Shown: positions 12,341 through 25,572 of the stretch, piece by piece
Layout: each line of letters starts with the position of its first letter
How positions within the stretch are numbered: the first letter of the stretch is position 1
Assembly: GCA_053919585.1 (NCBI GenBank)
Contig: CM132785.1
Source of the DNA: Euprymna scolopes
Taxonomy: Eukaryota
Reading direction: 5' to 3' (one strand)
Length of the DNA stretch: 64,000 nucleotides
Translations under genes and position numbers: made by a program
The notes under the pieces: generated by a model
Told to the model about the DNA's origin: nothing
The model's input: only the letters and a program-made list of their open reading frames with translations
Databases searched by the model: none

Positions 12341-13470
12341 GGTTTTACTGCGGATATATATGCTGTAATATTTTTATAGTGATAACTTTATAACTGGCAC
12401 AAGCTCGTCTGGGATATGGCAAGTTGCCTCGAATTACATTTGAATGAGTTTTCTACCATACATATGCAGTATTGTCACAGTTTAGGGACGTGTACATACA
12501 CATACGTACATGTATATTATTTATTTAAAGATAAATAGGTTATCTAGAGACACGTTCAGTGATTGCAAAACGGGTGTCCCTGGATGCCTATTTGCTATTA
12601 GATATGTTTATACTATTACTAAGCTTTCCTCGTGGCTTAGCCATAGTTCCTGAAACGGCTAATATTTGTCATCATTAAATCCGCATTGCAGTTGGTGAGT
12701 TGGATTGCTCTCGTGAATCCACGCGGTGTAATCCTGCTCAACTACGCCAGAGCATGAGCACACTTTCTCATAGAAAACGCTTTTTATATTATTGTGAATG
12801 CTATTTCATTGCTATTAAACCTACATTTTTACCTATTTCTACGTCAATTATAATCGGTTAAAGACATTTGAACAAAAATGGACAAGATTAAACATTAGCA
12901 CTTTATTTTCAATGGCTGCTATCACATTAACTTTTATTGCTTGGTAGTACGTTAATATTTCTCACACTTATTAAAGAGACTAAATGTTTCAACATTATAA
13001 ATGCATTCAATAACAGGTACTTCTACAAGTATATATGTATTGGTAAAGTTTGATAGGTGGACCCGATGCTTTGACCGAGTATATACAATTATATATAGGT
13101 TATTGATTATTGCCAATCATTCGTTTCTCTCATTGACGCAAGGTTTTATATTGCAGGCGACTTTTCCATGATATTGGTATATTATGAGATAGTGGTGGGG
13201 GAATAGTTTGAGCATGGCCAGGGCAGTCTTTATTGGCTGTGTGAGTAGTTATGATGAATAGTGACAGTAGGGCACAACAAATGTAGCATTCATATTTTTC
13301 GATTGTTATAGACAAAACGGCCCCAATACAATTGGGAACTAAATTTGAATTCTTGCACACAAATTCCATTGTCCAGATCGCACAAGAACAGCGCCAATTT
13401 CCATCGTCATTTTATATACGTTTATTGACTAATTCCAGAGCCTATTACTTACACCTAGTAAGAATCTTCA

Positions 13471-13662
13471 NNNNNNNNNNNNNNNNNNNNNNNNNNNNNN
13501 NNNNNNNNNNNNNNNNNNNNNNNNNNNNNNNNNNNNNNNNNNNNNNNNNNNNNNNNNNNNNNNNNNNNNNNNNNNNNNNNNNNNNNNNNNNNNNNNNNNN
13601 NNNNNNNNNNNNNNNNNNNNNNNNNNNNNNNNNNNNNNNNNNNNNNNNNNNNNNNNNNNNNN
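13471..13662. other. Assembly gap
   Basis: Run of N. Confidence 0.99.
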
Positions 13663-13679
13663 TCTCTCTTTTAAGAGAA

Positions 13680-13733
<54 letters not shown>

Positions 13734-14399
13734 TATATGAGAGGTGTAAAAAGATATATATAGGGAGAGGGTGGGGTTAGAGACAGATATGAGAGGGTCT
13801 GTTAGATTTTGGAATTCACTTATGGTTTCCTACTCCCTTAACTGTATTAACATGCTGAATTATAAATCTAATGTGAACATGCCTCTCCCTTCTCAACTCT
13901 CTACTTAAAGTGCCCCTGTAGATAGTGTCCCTAATTCATAGTAGCCTTTGTATCTCGGTGGTAATGTGCCTGTGTCGAGCTGAATATAAATTTTAAAAAA
14001 TGCACAAGGTATCAAACTGAATTTCCTTGGATTTTATATTTTTCGCTGTACACTTCATTATCTCCAGTGAACACGAGGATGGAAACAGCACTAAAGGGGA
14101 ATAACTATGAATTCGCCATTGTTAATGTTTTCTTGATATCTCATCTGTAATCAGAAGAGCAACCCAATCGTTAGCAGAAGTCACGATTTCTTTGAGAAAT
14201 TGCCTTCCTTCGTAAACTTTTTTTTTATCTCCTCATTTAAATCACCCATTCCCAAGAAAGATTCATGTTGGTTCTTCTCAAAATGTGTAAGGCACTAAAA
14301 GCACTCAGATTTCTTTTTCTTTTGCGTTTTTATTTTGGGAGAGATTTCTCGGGAAAGATTTTTCCCTTCACTGTTCGACAGGTTGTTGCCGGCATCAGT

Positions 14400-14514
14400 T
14401 TATCTGGTCAGATTAGACCTCAGTGCGGCCTCTTCCATTTTAATCTTATTATTCTTCTTCGTCAAACGTTTATACAGACACGCTAGCCCTAAGCCGAAAG
14501 AAAGAATTATAACC
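14400..14514 (-). CDS. Candidate terminal coding exon (hydrophobic segment plus basic tail); unverified
   Basis: Acceptor tttcttgctttgcag| then (G)VIILSFGLGLACLYKRLTKKNNKIKMEEAALRSNLTR*. The plus strand also has an acceptor-like site, so strand and coding status are uncertain. Confidence 0.2.
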
Positions 14515-15485
14515 CTGCAAAGCAAGAAACATTCAGAGGGGTGAAGTGAAGGTATGAAGTTATCTGGGTGCAAAACACCGAAGAGTGCTTTCCACCCTTC
14601 CAAAGACCACCCGTTACTCTTCTTCAACCGCTCTCCCCATCACAACCGTTCCAATGTATGGACGTTCGAATGTTCGTGAGTTTTCGGAATGTTTGCAAAT
14701 GATTTGCTTTAAATGTGTGAGGGAGAGAGAAATAGACAGTGAGAAGGTTGAGGTGTTTGGCTTTACGTTATGTCTTTATTTGTCCCACCACTCCTTCGCC
14801 TTAACGGAGTCTACTTAAAATGTATAACACATAAGCAAAATAAGCAACGAAAAAAAAATACCAAGCCATCGTTTATTTCACTCTGCGCACGTACTTAGAT
14901 AGGCATCATGGCGACGTCTGTAAGAAAGGGTTATGTGAGCATGAGGTGTAAATAGCAATAGATTTCGGCCGTGCTCCGGGCACAAAAAAGGGGCTCGTCC
15001 TGCGCTAAGATCGCGCTGATCTAAATATTTGGCAAACCCGACGCGGTAATAATAGGTGTTAAATACACAAAGAAACCCTATCGCGCGCACACACACACAC
15101 ACACGTATATGTGTTTATGCACATACACATTAGAACGTATATATGTGATAAGGAAATCATAAGGAAAAGTTTAAAAATATAAAAGCAGCGAATTATGTTC
15201 CGTAATAGTTGCTTAAATGAAAGAATGCTGGTAAAATAACATACACACGCACCTGTATATATATACACCTTTACAAAAACATTCGCCTATATATATATGC
15301 ACACATATTTACATGAACACATATATGTATTGATATGCACACATACACACACTCATATATATATGGTCCAACATCTGAAACATATGTAGCCAAACAGATA
15401 AAACGGTAATAAAAAAATAAAACACATATTTGCTCTGCAATAATATTGAGAACTCTCTTCAAGTTTTTACTAATTACCAGTTTTA

Positions 15486-15537
<52 letters not shown>

Positions 15538-15958
15538 TGTGTGTGCGTGTGAATAATATATAGTTGTGTGTATAAGGTGAAATTGACACGGAATCTTAAG
15601 AAAAATTTGCTGAGAGTATTGTAGTTTTACATGAGTCTCGGTCGGTCGGCCTAAGTTGGAAATAGAATGAATGGACGGATTTTAACATCCATATATTTTC
15701 ATTTTTATATAAGTTTTCTTTTGCCATTTACTTTTTCCTTTTCTTTATTTGGTTTCTATCTGTTTTGTTTTTTGTTGATTTTTTTTGTTATCTTTTCTTC
15801 AAGGATATCATTCCGAGGTGTTCGTGTGTTCTAATGGGATACTGAGCTGAGAACACAAAGGCCTAGTTGGGACATGAGGTGTTTTGCACGCACATATCCC
15901 CGGGTAGAAAGTGACCATCCTTTCGTTGTTAAATCCTAGCCAAATCGAATAAAACACG

Positions 15959-16030
<72 letters not shown>

Positions 16031-16935
16031 AGAGAGAGAATGATATATATATAAATTGTATTTGGCTCTCTATTTTCTTAATCTCATTCTACCCTTCCTC
16101 TTTTATCTTTGTCTTTTCCAATTATTCTGTCTTTTTTTTCTTTCTCTCCCACACTTTATGTTGGCATGTTGTCAAAGAAGGAAGGTTTCACACGGAAATT
16201 ATAATGACGGTAATTTAAAATAACTCTGGATCCCTTTTCCTCCTCCAAATGTGTGTTACACAGTTTAAATAAAAGTGGAACAAAAACTACGACGAGGAGG
16301 CAGTCGGTTAGGATCAAATTCATCATAAGGAGATTGCAAGACTTTCACACTTATTTTATTTCAATGTCAAACGCACTTTGCTAACATCATAAGCAAATAC
16401 AGGAAACTTATAAAGACAGCAACATATAGACACCATTTGGTTTGTCCGTTTTCCAGCAACTCAATCTGAGTTTTTATTTAATGTTGAAGTGCAATACCTA
16501 TTCAGATGATTCATTACGTTCAAAACGTAAACATTTTTCTAACCCTTCCGGCTAGGAAGAGTACTGCATGTATATTGTGAAATGTTCACGTTATGTCGTT
16601 TCTGAAGAGTTTCATCGGACCAAAGTTCACTCGCAATGGTATCTGTTTTTTCATAGCTGTCTATCTCTATAGCAATATCATTATTGCTACTTTCCTCTCT
16701 CGGTTGTATAAATATATTTCTTTATTTTTCTTTCACTCTTTATTTTTCTTTATACAATTGTAGCATATCTTTCTCATCTTTTCTTTCTCTCTCCTTTGCT
16801 TATTTTCACCCCCTTTTATCATTTTCTTCCTCTTTTACCCGTATCCTTCCCCTTTATCAATTTCTCCTCAGTTACCCTTTCTTTGCCCTTTCTTTACCCT
16901 CTACCCTTCGTTCCTCTTTACGCCCCTTTTCTTTC

Positions 16936-17549
16936 TTTAACGTCTCCCCCTTTCTTACTTTAACGTCTCCCCCTTTCTTACTTTAACGTCTCCCCCTTTC
17001 TTACTTTAACGTCTCCCCCTTTCTTACTTTAACGTCTCCCCCTTTCTTACTTTAACGTCTCCCCTTTTCTTACTTTAACGTCTCCCCCTTTCTTACTTTA
17101 ACGTCTCCCCCTTTCTTACTTTAACGTCTCCCCTTTCTTACTTTAACGTCTCCCCCTTTCTTACTTTAACGTCTCCCCCTTTCTTACTTTAACGTCTCCC
17201 CCTTTCTTACTTTAACGTCTCCCCCTTTCTTACTTTAACGTCTCCCCCTTTCTTACTTTAACGTCTCCCCCTTTCTTACTTTAACGTCTCCCCCTTTCTT
17301 ACTTTAACGTCTCCCCCTTTCTTACTTTAACGTCTCCCCCTTTCTTACTTTAACGTCTCCCCCTTTCTTACTTTAACGTCTCCCCCTTTCTTACTTTAAC
17401 GTCTCCCCCTTTCTTACTTTAACGTCTCCCCCTTTCTTACTTTAACGTCTCCCCCTTTCTTACTTTAACGTCTCCCCCTTTCTTACTTTAACGTCTCCCC
17501 CTTTCTTACTTTAACGTCTCCCCCTTTCTTACTTTAACGTCTCCCCCTT
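16936..17549. repeat. 23-bp minisatellite (TTTAACGTCTCCCCCTTTCTTAC) x ~27
   Basis: Near-perfect tandem array read directly from the sequence. Confidence 0.97.
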
Positions 17550-17564
17550 TATTTATTTTTCTTT

Positions 17565-17780
17565 TCCTTCTCTCTTTCTTTCACTTCTCTCTCTTTCTTT
17601 CACTTCTCTCTCTTTCTTTCACTTCTCTCTCTTTCTTTCACTTCTCTCTCTTTCTCTCTTTCTTTCACTTCTCTCTCTCTCTTTCTTTCACTTCTCTCTC
17701 TCTCTTTCTTTCACTTCTCTCTCTCTCTTTCTTTCACTTCTCTCTCTCTCTTTCTTTCACTTCTCTTTCTTTCACTTCCC
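17565..17780. repeat. Polypyrimidine compound repeat CTTTCACTT(CT)nTT
   Basis: About 10 variable-length units. Confidence 0.9.
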
Positions 17781-18620
17781 TCCCCATTCTCTCTTTTTCT
17801 TCTTTGTCATTTTCTAAAATCTTTCTCGTCCGTCGAACACATTATCAATGAATGCTTCTCTGCACGTTCAAACATGATCAGTTTCAAATCCAAAGTTACA
17901 TTTCAAAAACCATCCACCTCGGTTGCCAAACTTAGTTAATTCCATGATTTTGTCATTTCTAATGCTCAATGTTTTTCATTTTAAATTACAATCATTCCAT
18001 CTCCTTAACAATCATCCTCGACTGGTTTTTTGTCCCTGATAAGTGGCGACTCATAATCCCAGAATCGCTTCCGATATTTATTGATAACTCCAAAGTGTAT
18101 AGAAGTTTCCACATCTCTTATCTTAGTTTTTTTCTGTTTGTGGATTGGATGTTTTGACTTTTTCTCAGACCATTTAAACACTGCAAACTACCGCTTATAC
18201 CTGGGCAACTCTGAGCTCACGCCTTTTAAATTGATCTTTGCGCGATGATTTTGCCCAAGTTTTACTTTTAAAAAGAAAAAATAAACTTGGCAAAGTAATT
18301 GACATTGTAGTAAGAATTCGATCATAATCAAGATATATATGCTCCCGTTCAATCTTGACAGACTACGGATACCTACTGAATAGTGTGTGCGCTTGTAATT
18401 TTTTTCGTTGAAAGTGTTTTGCAATCTACAGCCATAATAATTTTATTGACTTTGATTTTGTTGACCATTTAATTGCTTCCAACCTCACAAATCCTACTTT
18501 ATTTATTTAAACTGTTTTTTAATTTTTAAAAAAAAAACCCTATGTTCATATGAAATGTCCTGCGTTTTCGTATTTGAAAATTACAACCAGACAGCACGGT
18601 GCATTTTTGCTAGTATAAGA

Positions 18621-18626
<6 letters not shown>

Positions 18627-18695
<69 letters not shown>
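18627..18695. repeat. (CT)n microsatellite
   Basis: Direct reading. Confidence 0.95.
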
Positions 18696-18696
<1 letters not shown>

Positions 18697-19629
18697 TCTA
18701 TACTTGTAAGTTGATTTGGTTGGATTTGAAAGAAAATAAATTCGCCTACATTAGAACCCTCAGTATATCGTGGATCGTAATTAAGTAAACATTTTAATTG
18801 GAAGCTTTCATTAGAGAACATATTTTGGTAAAAGAAAATCGTGAATAAGATTTTATTTATATATATTTTTCATGTTTTTAAAATCTATAATAATTATAAA
18901 GATATAAGTAACGAGTTTATATAAAACAATATTAATAAACGAAAATTGTGGGATAATGGATTTTTCCAAACTTCTCTCACACACCCTTTCTGATATTGAA
19001 AGCAGTGACGTAGTTTCAATTAGACAACACCGACATTTTTATACGGTAAGATCTTTTAGCTCGAGTACCTTAGCAAGTACAATAAATAAAACTCTCCAAG
19101 TCGGGTATATTAGTATATTTATTTTGAATACGTTTGGTTGGTTTCTCATTTGGATACGTCTTATTTTGTTTGATTATACCTTTTTGGTTATTTTTTTTCT
19201 CCACTTGAATGTGTGCATCACCTTTTGTCGCCTGTTGCAATTGTTCCAAGGACTGCACATGCGCTGTGAGGTATCGGTGTGCATCTCTACATTGGAAACG
19301 CGCCATTCCTTTTTTCGCGTCAGTCGACTGATTCCGTTCCGGACGAATATTTCTCAACACGAATTGAACTTTTCTTTCTCAGACTCGAATATCGAACTAA
19401 TGAACAAATAGGTTGTGATGTGTATATACTTGGATTGTATAGTTGCGCACTGCGCAACACTATTTCAGAAACATTTGTAGATGGTACAAGTGACCATTAT
19501 GATAGACATGCTTCGACATATAAGCTTGAAATTCTATATAAAATGTTTCTATGCTCATGCAATCCATTTAAATTAAGTGACTTTTCAAATGTCAACTATG
19601 CAATGCTTTTTCAATTTATATACTGATTC

Positions 19630-19918
19630 TATGTATATTCATTCTTTTGCGGAGTTATACTTATTTTCATAGTTGTTTTTTCACCACGTTTTGGCTAACT
19701 CATCCTTTGGCCTTCTTCAGGCGATTAACCGCGGCGGGACAGGAATGTTGAGTCATGTATCTAAAGTAATCGCTGTCTTACTAATTAGTTGTTGTCTCAC
19801 TACGTTTTGGCCAACTAATTCTCTGGCATACCTTGGGTAGGATTGAAACCACTACCTTCAGACAATGCTCACCTGAAACCGTATACACCTAACACTTCTA
19901 TCCACTGCGCCATGTCCC
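19630..19918 (-). mobile_element. tRNA-headed element with two hammerhead-like units (copy B)
   Basis: Minus strand: GGGACATGGCGCAGTGGATAG (A box)...GGTTTCAATCC (B-box-like), then ..gccagagaattagttggccaaaacg and cgcCTGAAGAaggcc..agccaaaacgtggtg; collinear with 42811-43100. Confidence 0.65.
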
Positions 19919-20329
19919 GAAGATGAGGATAACTGTTCGCAAAAGAATGAATACACAAATAATGAAGCACAATCTCAAAGAATTCCCAAAAATGATATAT
20001 GATGCTATGTTGTTTGTGAGGTTTGTTTTTAGCCTCCAAAGGTCGTGTATTGCATCTTAAAGTTAATAAGGAAAAGGGGAAAACGTTATCATTGTTCATT
20101 ATTATTAAATATTCTAAATTTTGTGGTTCGTTGAGCAAAACTGTCGATTTAAACTTTCATCCAATTATAGTCTATACAGAAGATAACATTCGCTGTTTTT
20201 GAGCATCATTCATTCGTCCATTTTGAAGTAATGAAATGGCTATTGTTGGCATTTGATTCGTAAATATCTTTCTAGTAACACATCGGCTACTATAGAGAGG
20301 AACCAACATCCCTAAAGTGAAGAATTTCT

Positions 20330-20405
20330 GTGGAACGAACTGGATTTGAACTTGGCAAACACAGGTTGTCTGTCCGTATCGTTAATCACTTAGACAGCGT
20401 CACCT
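20330..20405 (-). mobile_element. tRNA-derived SINE head fragment
   Basis: Minus strand tgtctaagtgattaa (A-box-like)...agttcaaatcc (B-box-like). Confidence 0.4.
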
Positions 20406-20486
20406 CTACTACTGCTGCTGCTGTTGTTTTCAACATGCATCACTCTCATATATAATGCATGCATGTATGTATTCATTAAGTTTTAT

Positions 20487-20530
20487 AGCAAACGACGCTA
20501 ATGTTTCACGCTATTGCAATCATCAGTGCT
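20487..20530 (-). ncRNA. Minimal hammerhead-like motif
   Basis: agca-CTGATGA-ttgcaatagcgt-GAAAC-attagc-GTC-gtt-tgct; GUC site present, stems weak. Confidence 0.4.
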
Positions 20531-20844
20531 GGAAGTGATAATTACTGCTGGTCTTGGAACTCAAACTCGGTTAACCTTGGCTTTGAAGGTTAGCGTTCTA
20601 TCATTCTGCCTTTAGAAATTAACATTTAGATGGAAGTTAATTAAGTTGCTATGTAAGCGGGCTTGTCATAATTCAAACAGCAATAAGATTATTTGAACAA
20701 ACGGGAAGTTTGGAATCATGCACGCCGTTAATTTGGCGGTTCATTAGCAATATATATATATATATATATGTCTAAGTTTTCAATCATAAAATGTATATAA
20801 AAACATTAAGTCCTTCGTTGAGAAATGATTTTGCAAATAGGTCA

Positions 20845-20950
20845 ATTAATCCCCTGTAATCACTGCATTAAACTGTATTCACATTCTTAATCTTAAAAGA
20901 TCATGGCTCCCTAGCAGTGTTGATCAAAAACCACCTCCATTAAAAAACAA
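20845..20950 (+). repeat. Dispersed repeat shared with 47150-47330
   Basis: cctgtaatcactgcat and atcatggctcc..agcagtgttgatcaaa.accacctcc blocks occur at both loci. Confidence 0.6.
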
Positions 20951-21323
20951 GAACGAAAACGTTCTGGATATCCGCTCTAGTTTCTTGCTCCAGATGAATG
21001 CCTAAACTTTTCATGTTACTAAAAAAATACTTGCTTACTTGTTTCATCCGTCCTTGCCTGCAAAAACGTGTTAACAAAGCTGCTTTATGTCACAGGGTTT
21101 GAATGAATTACACTGCTTAGTACTTTTCGTGCATTAATATTGCTTATGTAGATTATTTACTTGCAGTACCTTTATAATTCTTATAGTTTTAAAGAACATA
21201 AAAATTATATAAAGTTTCATTCTCGATATTTTCCCAAAATATGTTCTCCTCTAAAAGCTTCAAATAAAAATGTTTACTTCGTTAATCTCCACGATGTACT
21301 GAGTGTGCTAATTTTAATGAATG

Positions 21324-21369
<46 letters not shown>

Positions 21370-22149
21370 CCCAACCAAATCAACCTGCGAAATATAGACC
21401 CACCTCCGTTCATAAAGTGCTCCTTCGATCTATTAAGTCCTAACATCTACTGGTTTGCATTTTATCCTTCACATTCACATATTTCGCTAAGGCATATGCC
21501 TCATTCCCCAACATAGACAGTCCTGTTGAATGCATACTTTCCCGCAAAGAAGACAGAAAAAAAAACTGTTTACCTATTGGTCGTAAAATTTACTTGTCTG
21601 CCTATTCAGCGAATCGTTAATCATTTATTTTATTACTTCTAACCTCGCCATAATCTATCTAGTCTTTACAGTCCTGTCTTTCTTCTTCATCCGCCACCGT
21701 CATAGATTTTGCATTCTGTTGGTTTTTTTGTTTGTTTTTTTTTTTGTTTTTTGTTTTCTGCAGTTAAAATAAATGTATTTCGTTGAATTACTACGATGAT
21801 TGTGCATCTTTGGCATTTAAAGCCTTCGCAAATCTCTGTATCGATTTATATCAGAATGTTACAAATCGGATACATTTATTTTATATTTTGCTAGATTGTA
21901 TTAACTATTATCCAGCTAAATTATCTCGACAACTGATCGATATAAAAACCAACTGCACATATTCATATTTTAGGTACCTGAAGAGTGTCGTATCCTCTTT
22001 GAAGTTATCTTCAAATTCTTAAATGATTTGTATCGTTTACAATTTCAATTCTATCAAATAGCACGTTAGCCTGTTCGCCTCTAAAATAGTATACTGCTTT
22101 ACTTCTGTTTATGATATAAATATTTAGTTATTAAAGCAGGCCTCAAGTT

Positions 22150-22865
22150 TTGACAAGCTTCTGGGCTTGACCGTTACTCCTGATCTTAAATGGAACACGT
22201 ACATCTAATCTGTTGCCAAGGCCGCTGGAAAAATGGTGGGATCTTTCTATCGATCCAGTAGATATCTCACTGCTGATGCAATCCTCTATCTATATAAGAG
22301 CCAGGTACGTCCAAGGATGGAATACTGTTGTCACATCTGGACAGGAGCTGCTAGAAAGGACGTCCTGCCTTGATAGAGTTCAAAATAGACTTCGTAGCCT
22401 CGTAGATGTCCTTTTCTCTTCCCTGCAACCTCTATCTCACAGAAGAGATGTTGCGAGTTTGTCTCTGATGTATCGTTATTTTCATGGAAAGTGTTCGACT
22501 GAGCTTCAATCTATGGTCTCCCCTCGCCAAACTTTCACAAGAAACACTCGTCTAGCTGAAAACACTATCAATAATTCCCCCACTCTTTATCTGTGTCTAA
22601 ACCTAAACGTAGATTCCATGAACAAAGCTTCTTTCTTAGAATTGCACGCCTGTGGAATTGTCTTCCGTTTTCCTGCTTTCCGGCTGACTGCAATATGGTT
22701 GTCTTCAAGTCTAACGTAAACAAGATCTTGATGAGCCGTTCCATATAAGTTAACAAATTTACCGAATTGATTACTATATTGTCCAATTTCTACTGTACAC
22801 TCTTCAACCCTTATCCTCGAGTGGCCTCTTGGCCTTGATAATGTGGTGATTCCTATGTAAAAAGA
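22150..22865 (+). mobile_element. 5'-truncated CR1/L2-group (Daphne-like) LINE; RT C-terminal pseudogene plus 3' UTR
   Basis: Across frameshifts: LLGLTVTPDLKWNTYI*SVAKAAGKMVGSFYRSSRYLTADAILYLYKSQVRPRMEYCCHIW..CLDRVQNR..LQPLSHRRDVASLSLMYRYFHGKCS..SFFLRIARLWNCLP..FKSNVNK; short A-rich end. Confidence 0.9.
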
Positions 22866-22961
22866 GCTGGGGAATAGTTTTCTTTATTTTATTGTTACTT
22901 TAAAATAAAGTTGTTTTTAAATGCGTCAATTATTTTATGCTGATCTTTTTGTTATTCCTGA

Positions 22962-23006
<45 letters not shown>

Positions 23007-23263
23007 GTTTATAGTTGTTCTTTTGTTCTTTTTTATTTTTTTGTTTGTTTCAACCTTGGTTGCGGAGTCGGAAAATATGGTCCTATTCCTGGAATTCCAA
23101 AAAGTTTGACTTTGATGCCTTATTTGAATGTTTTCCAACATTACTTAATAATTCAAATCTTAAAACAACTGATTATGAATTCTAGACTCTGAATAAGAAT
23201 ATAAAGACCGGGAGAGTGGATACCTTAGGATTGTACAGAATTTACTTTAGCTAACAGAGCTAT

Positions 23264-23363
23264 NNNNNNNNNNNNNNNNNNNNNNNNNNNNNNNNNNNNN
23301 NNNNNNNNNNNNNNNNNNNNNNNNNNNNNNNNNNNNNNNNNNNNNNNNNNNNNNNNNNNNNNN
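23264..23363. other. Assembly gap (100 N)
   Basis: Run of N. Confidence 0.99.
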
Positions 23364-23615
23364 AATAGACACTCCCTGTTAGCGTAGCTGCGCATGTAAT
23401 TATGAGGCAAACCTGTCTTGAAGTAGCACTGCTGGGAGTCTAGTGGCAATAAGTCCAAGGCGACTGGAAACAATGAGAAAGTAAGCGAACACACAGCAGC
23501 CGGAATTCCCAAATGATCACCAATTCTAGTGCTGATCAGCTTCAGCTTTGCTTACCTTCAATTATTTATTGGGAAGCGGTGTGTCAACGTGATTCTGTGG
23601 AAATAATAATAATAA

Positions 23616-24224
23616 CCAGTGGGAGCTGTGGAAATTCCACAGCGGCATATTTCATATGTAATATATTGCCGCTCATCATTTTATGGGCGTTCAGCGTAAA
23701 TGGAGACCCCTCGATATTATTGTAGCCCTTTTGTTAAAACTGTAAAATTATTTATTCCTAAGTAATCTGGTTGGTGTAGTGCTAGAATATATCTGGTTAT
23801 TACCGTGTATCTTCAATATCACTATAGGAGTCTGTGATCTACTTCAACTGTATGGACTCCCGGCGCGAACGGAAACATCACAATATCATTATGCCATCTT
23901 TAGACAGGTACTTCCCTTGGATCCTAGCCAGAAGACCAAGGTGTATTTTAGTTTCAAGTACGACCCAAAAGCGATATCATTTTTCTTTTTTTTACATTGC
24001 AGCTTCGGTGATCGGGAGATCCTATTTACTAAAAAGACGGATAGAAGGTAATAATATACTATGAACATTAAATTAGTATATGGATACGCTAATTTAATGT
24101 TCGTCGTATGTTATCACCTTCTTTTAAATAAATAGGATTTCCCGACCGAATAATTCATAACCTGGAAACCGTGACACACACACTACACACGTACGTTAAA
24201 GGTACTACAATATCAATACATAGA
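23616..24224 (-). mobile_element. Non-autonomous Helitron, family B
   Basis: A|TCTATGTATTG ... CCGCTGTGGAATTTCCACAGCTCCCACTGG|T; collinear with 50783-51310. Confidence 0.7.
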
Positions 24225-24619
24225 TGATAATAATAATCACTAGGGAACAGACCCAAAACCCTGGAAAGAGAATTAGAGAACTTGCAATCAAAGGGAAGAG
24301 TGAAACTACGCAGCAGACACTAATGATAAAAACGGTTGAAATCTTAAAGAACTCCTTGACTCAACTAAATTATGAACATTACCAGTCACAAAAAAACTGC
24401 AACGGAAGTAAAATAAAGTGGCGAAAGTACACTGTATGCACTGAAGGGAAGTGAAACTGCATGACATTTCATTTCATATACAAAAAAAAATTAAACAAAC
24501 TAAAAATAAATAAATAAAAGCATCAGTGTCGAGTTAAAACTATTTAATACAACACATGTTACTTGAAAAAAAACATACATACATTTAAACAGACAGGTGA
24601 GATTTCTATAAAAGATTGC

Positions 24620-24722
24620 TGTATATTGGGTCCAATATAATATTAAAATACGAAATCTGCATTAATCAAAATATCATATTTAAGCGTATTTTCAGACCGG
24701 ACAATGCCGAGCGGCCCGCTAG
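24620..24722 (+). mobile_element. Helitron family A 3' end
   Basis: ..taagcgtattttcagaccggacaatgccgagcggcccgCTAG|T. Confidence 0.65.
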
Positions 24723-25572
24723 TATTTAACAAAAAAAAACACATTTTTAATTTTTATAAATGATTATCTCGCATAATGCTCTTGCCGCAATCTTTTACCG
24801 CTACCTGTCTCTTCACATGGCTTGTTGCACTTATTTATTGTCAAGTAAATGTGATTTGAGTTGTATACATGTATATGCAAATACACACATGTGCATCTGC
24901 ATCCATTTCTGAAACAAACTCCAGCTGAAGCAAACCTAATTGTGAGTCGCTGCAAGACTGGTGTCTACATAAATATTTAAACAATCTTGTACAAATAATA
25001 AAACAATGACTGCTATTATTTAGGACAAAAGATTGGTTTTGTCGACATGTAGTTAAGTCTGTACAAATGTAGGAAGTTGTTGTGAATAGAGCTGATAAGC
25101 TGACGAGGGCAAAATTATAACCTGACAAAACCGGTGTTTTGTTAATACGGCAGACGCAAATGTTCTTTTGAATTTCAACATTATATCGTTAAGTATGACT
25201 AGTGGTATTCGGGGGTCTCGTGATACACGAGACCAACTCCTTAAAAAAGTCCTAGTACTGAGAAATATTACGAAAAATGGAGAATAATCTTACATGATTC
25301 TGTATCGCCTCTTTTCCCACTTATTTGGATGATCTGGCCACCCATCATTATCCCCTAACTCTTTCTGTACGCCACTATATATATATATATATCGTCACAA
25401 GTTAGCGAATAAAAACTGCGAATCAAATGTTTTATAATATTTTAGTGAAATTGAGAAATCAAATAGCAAGTCACATCTCCCACTTGCCATCTGCTTCCAT
25501 AACGAAACGTTTTTTCTGATTTCTTTACCAATTTATACGTTTTTTTAATTTTTCTGTCATTTTTTATTGATG

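Noticed and set aside
13332-13727. ORFs spanning N runs (also 23225-23512 and 25557-25832)
   Set aside because: Open only because of assembly gaps.
16936-17549. CRISPR-like periodicity
   Set aside because: No unique spacers; eukaryotic minisatellite.
18956-19626. Cluster of overlapping ORFs in GC-elevated unique sequence
   Set aside because: No recognisable protein or convincing splice boundaries.
22213-22719. 168-aa ORF as a host gene
   Set aside because: Frameshifted LINE RT remnant.
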